A stretch of 63,013 nt of DNA, counting the filler, from Octopus bimaculoides (Eukaryota), in the NCBI RefSeq assembly GCF_001194135.2. It is 9 parts of 8 records of this genome, joined end to end, with 100 filler letters (N's around TTAATTAATTAA, not from the genome) between each part and the next. Parts side by side here need not be neighbours in the genome. Positions count along the whole stretch, not along the records: positions 34,917 to 53,836 come from NC_068989.1; 8 more parts are not named here. One strand, given 5' to 3'. The notes beneath the pieces were generated by a model. That model was not told the origin of the DNA. It did not search any database and saw only the letters and a list, made by a program, of their open reading frames with translations. The translations under genes were made by a program, and so were the position numbers. Shown here piece by piece: positions 40,375 through 51,882 of the stretch. Each line of letters starts with the position of its first letter. Within the stretch, counting starts at the first letter, position 1.

Positions 40375-40922
40375 ACCGATCCCGTTTTCTTCGTACTTCA
40401 TTTTATCGATCCTAAAGTGATAAAAGACGAAGTTGACCGCGATGAAATTTGAATCCTGAAAGTAAAGGAACAGAACAACTGCCAGAAAACATTTTTTTCT
40501 AATGCTCTATCGATTCTGCTAGCTCGCCGATTTGATAGTTCTTTCTACAATAGGTACAAGGCCTGAAATTTTCTGGAAAGGTTTACTGAATGTCCTCGGC
40601 CGCAGTGCTTAACTATTACATATTTTATCGTTACCCATTCGATGAAATACAATGTCGACCGCAGCGGAGTTTGACCTCAGAACATAAAGATGGGATAAAC
40701 ACCGTTAAGTATTTTGTCCAATGTGCCAGCTCGCTGTCTTAGTATTAATTATTGTTTTAAATTGTGGCAAAGTTTTGGGGGAAGGGGTGTAGTAGATTTC
40801 ATATGCACCAAAATGATGAGAGGTAGAGTCAATCTCGGCGGAATTAGAACTCAGAAGTTAAAACTGGAAGAAATAACGCTAAGAATTTTGTTTGCTGCGC
40901 TAACGATTCTGCCAGTTCTCCG
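40375..40922 (-). mobile_element. Three tandem diverged SINE family B copies
   Basis: Repeated GCGG(A/T)ATTTGA..CTCAGAA and CGATTCTGC segments at about 40375-40530, 40545-40735 and 40745-40922. Confidence 0.65.
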
Positions 40923-41179
40923 AATAGTAAAAAAAATGAATGAACGTGTTATAGGAGGACAATCAAACATTTTTTTGTGTCCATGGCTTCAAGACAAGAT
41001 GTTACACGCTGCAGATGATAAGCATCCTGAAATATCGCTACATACAATACATGGATTTCCTAGACGAATTTAGGCGAGTTGTTAAGATTAGATAAATGTA
41101 ACAAAGCAAACTTTAAGAAAAAAAAATTCTAAAATTAATTATGAACGCTAATATCATGTTAGATAAAGAGACATCGATA

Positions 41180-41760
41180 AGAGAATTAATCTAAACACAG
41201 GCTTATAAATACTAAAGACTCAATGAACCAGACAGACTAATACAGAACAGAAAGAATTAACGAAGCTAGAGAGAAAAAGAAAACAAAAAGAATTTAGAAT
41301 ATCTGAATTTAGAATACGGTATTAAAAGCCTGATATAGAAAGATTATATACATTACTGGTGTAAGGAATTAGGAAATATCTAGTAAAAAACAAAGGCAAA
41401 AGTATTGCAAATAGTTGTAAATCACGTACAAAAACCTGGTGGAGGGGATTCAGGAAGCTTTAAAAAATATTTAAAAATAATGAATATATAGACGCTGCAT
41501 TGACAAGCAGTTGTGAAAAGACAGGACAAATAAAAAGTAACACTGTGAAAATGTTAAGAACCAAGTTTAAAATGGAGTTAGAGAATAATGCAATGTTAAA
41601 ACTGTGATCGATGCCTTTTCATGACCAAGACTGAACAAAATAAACAGCACAGAAATAAACAAAGTAATAGCAATGTTTACTGAGAGGTATGGTTCTTGAA
41701 AGATTCTTGATAGCGTACAGATTCAAAGTATTCATAAAATAAAAGCTTTAAAAAATGCAA
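41180..41760 (+). mobile_element. Highly decayed R4/Dong-like LINE remnant
   Basis: A-rich strand with vestigial ELTKLERKRK, KPDIERLY and SMPFHDQ segments in the order expected for the post-RT region. Confidence 0.45.
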
Positions 41761-42636
41761 GAAAGCAATCAAGTCCAAATCTGGCTGAAGTCTACATTGC
41801 ATTTCATCTTTGCGGGTTTGATACAAAGGTTCAAATAAAAGTCAATGAGTTGGTTGAACTGTAAAGAATATGGAGTTGGTTCCCTATCAATATTTGTTTC
41901 ATCTCCTTACGGTCTGATTTCATATACCATCATGACCTTCTTTTGTGGTATACTTAACTTGTCTCCCGACTTCATGCCGTGCATCTTAGGTACCTGTTGC
42001 AAGTATTCGGGCCTATTTACGGTTGAAGCATACTGCGATCGATCTCAGTGAACCTTGTGACATTGTCTAAAAGATGGAAAAATACAGTATATAGAGATAT
42101 TGGGAAAATACAGTTAACTACAGTGTCTCTTAAAATACAAAAAACATATGTTAAATACTAGCAAGACAACAATTTCGTTATTGTTTATAGGTAACTGATT
42201 ATTCTTTTGAATGTATCGGGAGTCATGTTCGTGGTAGCACTGAGAATGGGATACCTCTTCAGGCTTTAAAGTCGTTTTCGGCAGGGAACCAGCAATTTTT
42301 GGTGCTCATATTTACTTTTTGTCCTTTCATGCCTTCTCTTATAGCTTGTCTTCTATTCTCTTCTATGAGGAAATGATCGAAAGCCAGCGATCCATTGGAA
42401 GATAAAGAAAGGCGTACGAAGATAAAATTCTTGTCATCCTACCAGTTATTGGTAACATTGCGTTCTACTCTTTGTTTATTTGTGTGTTGTTTATTTTGTC
42501 CAGTCTTGGCTATGCAGAAATATCGTTCACATGGTTTTAATATTACATTCTATAGCTATTGCATTTTCTGGCTCCATTTTAAACTTAATTTTTAGCATAT
42601 TACAATGTTACTTGCTATTTGTTTCCTTGAGGTTTG

Positions 42637-42853
42637 GAAGCTCTGGCTGAAGATCGATGAGGATATCGGACCGTCGGCCATCCAGCTTGTGAAACAGACA
42701 AGACAAAGCGCCGTCAATGGCTCAATGAGCGCAGAGTGAGGTGCGTTACAGCTGCAGCTTGACCGACTCCAGCACTCAGCTTATTGGTTCCTTGTCCGAT
42801 CTGTGAAAACACTGCCGCTCGGCTTCTGATCTCTGCACACATCACCGTGTTCA
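42637..42853 (+). mobile_element. RTE-clade LINE C-terminal remnant
   Basis: EALAEDR*GYRTVGHPACETDKTKRRQWLNERR...PCPICEKHCRSASDLCTHHRVH (one frameshift), matching the typical RTE C-terminus with a single C2H2 finger. Confidence 0.7.
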
Positions 42854-43199
42854 CCTACTGCGATTGGCACCGATTTGAATGGGTGTTTCCTACCTTGGAG
42901 CAGCGAGAGCTCAAAGAAAGTGATAACTTGGGAATCGTATCTTTTTAGTTTTTAACCTCCATTTTGTTTCAAAAGGTGCCGTTGGTTATGATAGAGTGAA
43001 CAACTGTATCGTCACTGTCTTCTTAGAGTTTTACGTGACATCATTTTCAAACTTCAAAATTATGATCCAATATAGTATAGAGACTAGAATTTGCTGCTCT
43101 CGTGTTTGATGTGGACAAATCTGTACCACAACTCTCCCTCTCTGGTATCGCTGCCACAGCTAAGGAAAGGGTTTCATTTGGCAGCGCTTTGAGAACAGC

Positions 43200-43610
43200 A
43201 ATATTTCGTGGAAAATATTGTCGGAGATTCTTCAGCTGTTCCCTTTCTGATTGTATTTGCTGCTCAAGGGCTTTGCTACAACTTGTGAAGCAGCTTGAAA
43301 CTTCCCTGCAGTACATTATAAGCCACATTGCCTCTTCTTTTGTATATTCGACAATACATCATCCTGGTACGGTACTGTGGTCTTTAAGAGTAGTTAGGCC
43401 ATATCCATTCGGTGAGATCCCCCTCAATATATTATTCTTCGACAATTCGGCCTCTGCCACGTATCAAAATATTGATGGTGAGATGATGGATAACTTTACA
43501 TTCGATATCTTTGACTTTCGCTTTTGTATTTCGTTGATCTATGTATTACTGCAAAAGTGTCTGTGCAGGAGTGGGACATAACACCTTATCGTTCCGTCCT
43601 TCATTTCAAA
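43200..43610 (-). mobile_element. Probable decayed Ty3/Gypsy integrase C-terminal remnant
   Basis: Across frames: TPAQTLL, HQYFD, EGDLTEWIWPNY, PG*CIVE, KRRGNVAYNV, ANTIR. These are collinear with recalled Gypsy integrase tail motifs (SPAELL, YFD, GDLVW, W.PG.I, GNV.Y.V, HANQIR). Recognised by eye only. Confidence 0.45.
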
Positions 43611-43654
43611 TATCGGGTGTGCAGTCCTCTGACTCGTCACTTGTCCTAAAGCTA

Positions 43655-44052
43655 GCTATAACAAGACCTGAAATTTTGAGGCAGGAGACTAGTCTATTAC
43701 ATCAATCCCAGTGCTTCGATGGTACTTAATTTATCAAGCCCGAGAGTATGAAAGGGAAAGTCGACCTGGGCGGAATTTGAACTCAGAACATAAAGACGGA
43801 CGAAATGCCGCTAAGCAATTTGCTCGGCGTGCTAACTACTCTGACAGCTCGCCGCCTTGATAATAATAATAATCCTTTCTATTATTCGTACAACGCCTAA
43901 ATTTTTTTTTTTGGGGGGGGGGTTAATTATATCGATTCCAGTGTTTCACTGGTACTTAATTTATCGCCCCCTAAAGGATAAAAGGAAATGTTGATCCTAG
44001 TAGGATTTCAACTGAGATACCAAAGAAACAGAACAAATGTCAAAAGATATTT
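43655..44052 (-). mobile_element. Two tandem SINE family B copies
   Basis: Copies at about 43655-43858 and 43872-44052. Confidence 0.75.
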
Positions 44053-45002
44053 TCCCCGACCCTCTAACAATACCGCCAGCTCACTTTTCCTTTATTGCTA
44101 TAAAGTTGCAATCAATGGTTAAATGTAATTATGTAGTCTTATGACGTGAGAATAGTCAATGGTTTATTTCTTCAAAAATGTTTTGCCTATTGTTTATGAT
44201 AATGAAGTAAATTAATTTCAAGTAAGAAATGAAACCAGATTACTCTCCTTGTAAAGAGTATATTTATTTATACATATATATATATATCTATTTACTTATT
44301 TGTTTGTTTGTTTGCTTATCTATTTATTGTAAAGAGATCATGTTAAAATCGTGAAATAGCTCTATATAATATGTACATTTAGAGCTCATGACTGTTTTCA
44401 TGTGCTGCTGAGTTAATATGAATAACATTTATGCAGCGTCCCAAGGTGCAAACGCACGTGTAGGCTATGTCATTACTGAGAAACGTGTAAATTCTCTCAT
44501 AAAAATTATTTGAGGAAATGTCAGAGGACCTTTCAACAGATTTCTAGTAATATTGTTTAAAGGTGAATTTCACTGCAGTAAATAAGTTTTTCAGGGTGTC
44601 TTTTCTCCAGAAACATTCATCAGGTATCCTGATAATATTGTTTTCAAAGAGGAATAATTTTCTGATTCCATATCATGAATTGTTTTTCTTTTATGCTCTT
44701 TCGTTACGAATCCTAATACCATTCCTTTCACTACCAGTATCTGAAAAGAATTCGTTAAATGGATATTAGAATAACCGCCAGCAAACTCTTTAGTAGTGGC
44801 TTTTGAGATATTTTTTAACTTCTGCAGATTTATGTCACAAGTAGCATGCTGATTGCTGCGATAGACCAAGGTTTACCTTATGCCATTTAAAATCGTATTA
44901 TACAAAAACAAGTTGATAGTACAGTCACACCCACATCTAAACACACACACGCGCACGCACATAAGTGGTGAGTATATGGAAATGTTTATAAATGTACGCA
45001 TA

Positions 45003-45034
<32 letters not shown>

Positions 45035-45941
45035 NNNNNNNNNNNNNNNNNNNNNNNNNNNNNNNNNNNNNNNNNNNNNNNNNNNNNNNNNNNNNNNNNN
45101 NNNNNNNNNNNNNNNNNNNNNNNNNNNNNNNNNNNNNNNNNNNNNNNNNNNNNNNNNNNNNNNNNNNNNNNNNNNNNNNNNNNNNNNNNNNNNNNNNNNN
45201 NNNNNNNNNNNNNNNNNNNNNNNNNNNNNNNNNNNNNNNNNNNNNNNNNNNNNNNNNNNNNNNNNNNNNNNNNNNNNNNNNNNNNNNNNNNNNNNNNNNN
45301 NNNNNNNNNNNNNNNNNNNNNNNNNNNNNNNNNNNNNNNNNNNNNNNNNNNNNNNNNNNNNNNNNNNNNNNNNNNNNNNNNNNNNNNNNNNNNNNNNNNN
45401 NNNNNNNNNNNNNNNNNNNNNNNNNNNNNNNNNNNNNNNNNNNNNNNNNNNNNNNNNNNNNNNNNNNNNNNNNNNNNNNNNNNNNNNNNNNNNNNNNNNN
45501 NNNNNNNNNNNNNNNNNNNNNNNNNNNNNNNNNNNNNNNNNNNNNNNNNNNNNNNNNNNNNNNNNNNNNNNNNNNNNNNNNNNNNNNNNNNNNNNNNNNN
45601 NNNNNNNNNNNNNNNNNNNNNNNNNNNNNNNNNNNNNNNNNNNNNNNNNNNNNNNNNNNNNNNNNNNNNNNNNNNNNNNNNNNNNNNNNNNNNNNNNNNN
45701 NNNNNNNNNNNNNNNNNNNNNNNNNNNNNNNNNNNNNNNNNNNNNNNNNNNNNNNNNNNNNNNNNNNNNNNNNNNNNNNNNNNNNNNNNNNNNNNNNNNN
45801 NNNNNNNNNNNNNNNNNNNNNNNNNNNNNNNNNNNNNNNNNNNNNNNNNNNNNNNNNNNNNNNNNNNNNNNNNNNNNNNNNNNNNNNNNNNNNNNNNNNN
45901 NNNNNNNNNNNNNNNNNNNNNNNNNNNNNNNNNNNNNNNNN

Positions 45942-46304
45942 CAATCTTTCAGGATGATAATGCACCAATTCACAAAGCTAAATTTGTTACTGAATGGCAC
46001 GAGGAATATTCTAGTGAAGTTGAACATATCATCTGGCCACCACAGTCCCCAGATCTCATTTATGGGGAATTTTAGAAATAGAAGTAAGGAGTCGATATCG
46101 TCCACCATCATCACTACAAGAACTGGTGACTGTTTTAGCTGAAGAATGGACAAAGATTCCTTTGGAAACAATTCAAATTTTGTACGAGTCCATACCTCGT
46201 AGAATTCAAGCTGTAATTACGGCCAAAGGCAGTCCTGCCCCATATTAAAAGAAATTTGTTTGAAATTTTAAGGTGTTTCCATGAATTATTTTGTCCAGCC
46301 CCTG
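45942..46304 (+). mobile_element. Tc1-like transposon 3' part (transposase pseudogene plus terminus)
   Basis: IFQDDNAPIHKAKFVTEWHEE...IWPPQSPDL, then after a frameshift LWGILEIEVRSRYRPPSSLQEL...YESIPRRIQAVITAKGSPAPY*. Ends TTTTGTCCAGCCCCTG|TA at 46304. The 5' part is lost in the N gap. Confidence 0.85.
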
Positions 46305-47892
46305 TACATATTGCATGTTACAATTTGTAATGCGGTCAAGAAATCTACTGCAGTACATCAAACTGTGTCATAACGATGGGATAGGGTTTCGTGTACTTTT
46401 GAGAGTAATTCTATGTCGTCCTTGAGCAGAGCAACACATTTTAAGGTAACTGTATATTTTTTGACATAAACTTTTGTAGTTTAAATATTTTTGATTCCAT
46501 ACTGATGCATTAGGTAACATTGCCATAAATATGAGATAAGGTGAAAGTAAATGTGTGACTGTGAAATGTGAGAAAACGTGAGTGCGACATTTGAGGTAGA
46601 ATATCGTTCATTGTTTCCTGGCGATATACATATAATTATGGATTTCATTATCAAAGTAGATCTAGTTATGAATAACAGCTGCTGCTATGTTTTTGAATTT
46701 CATCCTTCAGTTCCGTTCTTCATAAACATCAGACGTGAGTAAGGTTAATCTAACTTTGAAAGCATGTGCACTCATCTTTGTAAACTAACAACTATGAATG
46801 TCAGTAAAATATTATTTCTCGTGCTCTATAATGTTGCCTTCCTGCTGTTGCTATGTAATTTATGAGATTCACTAGTTGCATTTATTATCTCTACCACAGT
46901 TTCAGCGCGTTGTTGAAATCCAGCATAAGCGTCCACGTTGTATTTTGTTGCTTCGTGGTGGTAGTCGAAAGTATCATACATATTTCGCAAGATTACTATC
47001 TTTTAAACCATAGGCTGGAATTTAATTACCATGGTTATGGGAAGAACCGAAAAAAGATGATTCAGCTTACACTGGAGAAAAAGTTTTCGCTGATACTTTT
47101 GTATGTATTACATGTTATTAACAATCGACGTTTAGATCTTGATCTTGTCTCTAAAGGAGAAAAGTATCAATTAAATGATGTCAATTGATTATTCCTTTTT
47201 GAAGAAAGCGAATATTCTTGGACGCTATATAATGGAATTCTTTCTAAAAATGCAGAGATGCGCAGAAGCAATTTCTCTCTAAAATTACAGAACACAAATA
47301 TCGCGTCAGGGATGTGCTTTTACGTTATGTTTCTTTCCTTACTAAAAGAGAATCGCTATTTTTTCTCTTCAGTCTTGAGTCTCATTTTTCACGACGTATT
47401 AAGGATGCTTATATTGTCAAGCCATAATAAAAAAATAGATATAGAAATTATCTAACTTAATAGTCTGGCAGTGATAGTTTGGAAATAACTTTATTTCCAG
47501 TTTTATTTTATTATTTGCTTTTATGTGTATGAAACGTTAATATTTTAGAATAGAAAACAGATATAGTGAACACAGAAACTACATCGCTAGTGAAATAAGA
47601 TTCTAATATTTCATCATTGGTTTGGTAGTAATCTATTGAACAGCTACAAGGCCTATATGGAATAGGGAAACGAAATTAAATTATATTTATGGGCTTCTTC
47701 AGGAGTTTACCATTCAAACTGAAGTAAAACAATTGGTATTAAAATATTGATTTCAGTTCAACAAGATAAGCTTCTTAATCTATAGTTTCAATTGTTTTAT
47801 GGTAACGTCCACCTCGGAGAAAGTGCGTATTCTATCGACGGAATGTGAAAATGATTTTCGCCTTCATCAACATACTGTCCAGTAGAGACCAC

Positions 47893-47947
47893 AATATAAG
47901 CTTCTTCAGAGAATATAAGCTTCTTCAGAGAATATAAGCTTCTTCAG
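47893..47947 (+). repeat. 19-bp tandem repeat, 2.9 copies
   Basis: AATATAAGCTTCTTCAGAG at 47893, 47912 and 47931 (last copy partial), at the 3' end of the RTE remnant. Confidence 0.95.
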
Positions 47948-48815
47948 TGAAGCTTTTTAGCCCAGCTAAAGATCTAAAATGTTTGGTAGAGAATTGGCAG
48001 CTGAAACCTTTACCGGCAATAGCCGGCTGTAGTTGTAATTGGGTTTCATGTACCTTAGCATGTCGTTTAAGTTCTCCCGCCGAATTGCACTCCCTTTGCA
48101 TATGCCTGACAGATTTGATTAGTATGGTGTGTAGTACCACCACCAGCGGCCTGGTTGTCAATCATCGTTCTCGCTTTATGACTACAAAGGTGATTCTTTA
48201 GTCCAGCTTTACTGCGACAGGGTCATGTACAGACACTGCATGTCAGCATCATAGAAAGACCCTTACCATCTGGAAGTGCAACAGCGATGCCCTCAACTCA
48301 AGATTTCTCAAAAGTAGCTTTCCCCTCTTACACAATCCTTTTTCACCTGCTACGGTCAATAGCTATGCCCTTCCATATATCAGAGGAGATGCTAGCATCT
48401 CTTAAGGAAGCCTTCAGTAAGTCTTTATACCTCTTTTTTGGTTTATGTGGAGGTCGTTCTTCTTTAGCTAACTCTCCATAAAAGAGTTGTTTTGGCATCC
48501 TTCAATCTTTCATCCTGACCAGATGACCACTCCATCTGAGCCTTTCCTTCAACACAAGAGCTTCTATACTTTCACACGAGAGCTTTCCAATATCTCAAGA
48601 TCACTGATGCGGTCCTCTCACTTAATTCCATAAATCCGGCTAAGACACATTTGTTGGAAACGTTCCAGTTGTTTAAGGTGGTACCGATATGTGACCCAGG
48701 TTTCGCAGGCATAAAGATGAGAAGAGAGCACACACGCCTTGTGCACCTTTATCTTTGTCTTCCTGCATATGTCTCGCCGACTCCAGAGGCACCATTCTAG
48801 CCTTCCGAAATCATC
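47893..48815 (-). mobile_element. RTE-clade LINE 3' remnant with three C2H2-like fingers
   Basis: KTKIKVHKACVLSSHLYACETWVTYRYHLKQLERFQQMCLSRI...RLRWSGHLVRM, then KRYKDLLKASL. Followed by CSVC-x12-HLCSH, C..C-x12-HAKVH (frameshifted) and CQF(S)-x12-(H). Multiple stops and frameshifts. Confidence 0.85.
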
Positions 48816-49063
48816 ACTTACTTCCTAATTCTGTATGAAATTTCATTATCTAAATTGCTGTATCTATTAACTGCGCTTCCCAATGTCTTTTTTTTTTCTT
48901 TTTATATCTATTTTATCCAGATTATGGCTGTATCTTGCGCGGGGACATAGGAATAATCGGACTGAATACCCGATCGCGCGGTTAACCATTGCAAGTGAAA
49001 GACCCCTAGCCTTTGTTAGGGCATCCTTTCAGGAGAAGGCAACATAATACATACATATATACA

Positions 49064-49095
<32 letters not shown>

Positions 49096-49223
49096 ATTAA
49101 TTAAGTATGCCTTTTTAGGACAAAATGTATTAGGTATCACCAGTTAAGTGCTCAAACTGGAACGTTGACCAAAGATCTGGAAGAGATGTTTAAGGACATA
49201 AAGTAAACCAAAAGAGCAGTTAC

Positions 49224-49475
49224 ATATTAGAATATAAGAGAGAATGGAATAAGTATATTTGGAATAGGCACAAGAAGTATATTATCATGGAGAATTGTAT
49301 TACCACATAAATGATTACAATAGGAATGTACAATAGAAAATATATCTTCTTATACATCTTATTTTCTATTGTATATTCCTATTATAATCATTTACGTGGT
49401 AATACAATTTTCCATGTATATATACTTGTTGTTGTGACTACTATTTCTGATATACTTATACCATTCTCTCTTATA

Positions 49476-49484
<9 letters not shown>
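49224..49484. repeat. AT-rich foldback (about 120-bp inverted arms, 17-nt loop)
   Basis: Arms 49224-49342 and 49360-49484 are near-complementary, for example ATATTAGAATATAAGAGAGAATGG with CCATTCTCTCTTATATTCTAATAT. Confidence 0.9.
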
Positions 49485-49561
<77 letters not shown>

Positions 49562-49800
49562 TTCAATACCTTAAATAATATTGGACAAAATTAAAAAACG
49601 ATAATATAATACAGCAAAGAATTAAAATGGTAAAATTTTCACTGAAATTAAGGTGGTCATATTCTCACCATGCTATGTAGCTAAATGTAAGCAACTAAAA
49701 GGTAAATACGTAAAAGTGAGGAGATCAAATAAAAGCGAAGTACAAGCTTACACTTGGTCGATCTATAGTAAAAGAAAAATGTTTTGAGATGGCCACAGCC

Positions 49801-50512
49801 ATGGCTGTGTGGTAAGAAATTTGCTTTTTTTTATTTTTTTTTATTTTATTTTGTTCTTGTAATGATGATTTTTATTGAACAAGGTTTTTGAGGGGTTGTC
49901 GGTCGGCGAGGGCCGGTGCCTCTCCCATGTTTTACTCATCGTTTTGTATTCATTTCATTCTTTAATGTCCGTGTCCAGCCTGCAGCTTCTTTGTGTCTGT
50001 TTCTCTTTGTTTGTCCACTCTATGTAATGCCTTTATGGCAAAATTTATGAAATAAAGAAGTTTGCTTCCCACCCAAATGGTTCTGAGTTCAGTCTCACTG
50101 CGTAACAACTTGGGCAACTATCTTCTGCTATAGTCCTGGGCCAACTGAAGCCTTGTAAGTGGAGTTGGTAGACGGAAACTGAATAAAAGCCTGTCGTTTA
50201 TGTGCGTGTGAGTGTGTGAGTGTGTGTGTTGTGTGTGTGGGTGTGTGTGTGTGTGTGCACGCGTGCGTATGCGTGTTTGTGTGTGTCTTTGTGTTTATGT
50301 TCGTCCCTCTCCACTGCTTGAAAATTACTATTTCTGTGCCTGCATCTCTGTAACTTAGTGGTTCATCAAAAGCAACTGACAGAATAAGTACCAGGCTTAA
50401 AAAAGATGTATTCACGTCGATGATTTGTTCGACTAAAAATTCTCCAAGGTAATACCCCAGCATGGCTGCAGTCTAATGACTAAAACAAACAAAAAAAAAA
50501 AAGATAAAAGAT
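49801..50512 (+). mobile_element. SINE family A, interrupted by a LINE fragment
   Basis: Head at 49801-49825, resumes at 50055, tail AAAGATAAAAGATAAA. Confidence 0.8.
49826..50054 (+). mobile_element. 5'-truncated LINE 3' UTR (L1/Tx1-like) nested in a SINE
   Basis: Interrupts a SINE head, ends in GAAATAAA, and is flanked by a 12-bp TSD AAGAA(A/G)TTTGCT at 49814-25 and 50055-66. The clade assignment is inference. Confidence 0.55.
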
Positions 50513-50694
50513 AAATCTGTCAGCAGAAAATAATCACATCACACAACGTATTAAGGATAACGACGTTATTCTTGTGGAATATTTCAAGGGCTTCTTACCT
50601 GCACAATGCGCATAAAATTCTATCACACTGTTACACTTTCACAGCTTTAATGATTCACCAGGATCATACGAACGTTCTCGTATTTAAGGGACAA

Positions 50695-50980
50695 TTATTA
50701 TTATTTGATGAAAACATGAAAACTCTCAAATTATTTTGCTGGGTATGATGGAAAGTGTCAGCTGTACACAGCCAGCAGGCTAAGATGAAACTTGTTCAAG
50801 AACTCTGCAAAGGATTCTCGCAGTTCCAAGCAATGCTGACTTTTGTAGATGTTCTACCTTTACATTTGTACCAATCTTTTTGAACCATGCTGGTAGTTGA
50901 GTGCTGATACTTTCAAGTGCGCCAATTACCATTGGTATCACGTCTACTCTCCTCATTGACTACAACCTTCGTATTTACCA
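50695..50980 (-). mobile_element. Second, older R4/Dong-like 3' end
   Basis: RRVDVIPMVIGALESISTQLPAWFKKIGTNVKVEHLQKSALLGTARILCRVLEQVSS* (stop 50780-82), with a short (AAT)n tail near 50695-50706. Confidence 0.75.
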
Positions 50981-50982
50981 AA

Positions 50983-50989
50983 ATTATTA

Positions 50990-51048
<59 letters not shown>

Positions 51049-51321
51049 TAGTTTTATTTTTATAACGTGCTTTCACTTCACTACCGAGCGCAGCTCTGTG
51101 CGCCTTGGGTATGTGCTGTGGTTTGCTGTGGTGCTCTTATGTTTACTGTATTGAAAGTGTTTTGCGTAGAATGTGTGCAGTACCCAGTAGTGCAATTTTC
51201 TGTATGTTATATATATTTGTAAGTCCTGGTGTTTTTGTTATGTATTTGTCTGAATATTTTTTTATTATACCTAAGGCACCTACTATGATAGGAATTGTTT
51301 CTGTTTTTAGATTCCACATTC
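50983..51321 (-). mobile_element. R4/Dong-like (RLE) non-LTR retrotransposon 3' end with (AAT)n tail
   Basis: MWNLKTETIPIIVGALGIIKKYSDKYITKTPGLTNIYNIQKIALLGTAHILRKTLSIQ*, then a UTR and (AAT)n at 50983-51045. The 5' part is in the N gap. Confidence 0.8.
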
Positions 51322-51773
51322 NNNNNNNNNNNNNNNNNNNNNNNNNNNNNNNNNNNNNNNNNNNNNNNNNNNNNNNNNNNNNNNNNNNNNNNNNNNNNNN
51401 NNNNNNNNNNNNNNNNNNNNNNNNNNNNNNNNNNNNNNNNNNNNNNNNNNNNNNNNNNNNNNNNNNNNNNNNNNNNNNNNNNNNNNNNNNNNNNNNNNNN
51501 NNNNNNNNNNNNNNNNNNNNNNNNNNNNNNNNNNNNNNNNNNNNNNNNNNNNNNNNNNNNNNNNNNNNNNNNNNNNNNNNNNNNNNNNNNNNNNNNNNNN
51601 NNNNNNNNNNNNNNNNNNNNNNNNNNNNNNNNNNNNNNNNNNNNNNNNNNNNNNNNNNNNNNNNNNNNNNNNNNNNNNNNNNNNNNNNNNNNNNNNNNNN
51701 NNNNNNNNNNNNNNNNNNNNNNNNNNNNNNNNNNNNNNNNNNNNNNNNNNNNNNNNNNNNNNNNNNNNNNNNN

Positions 51774-51882
<109 letters not shown>

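Noticed and set aside
43102-43581. 159-aa plus-strand ORF
   Set aside because: GTG start, no recognisable domain and no convincing splice sites; better explained as the antisense of a decayed Gypsy-like sequence.
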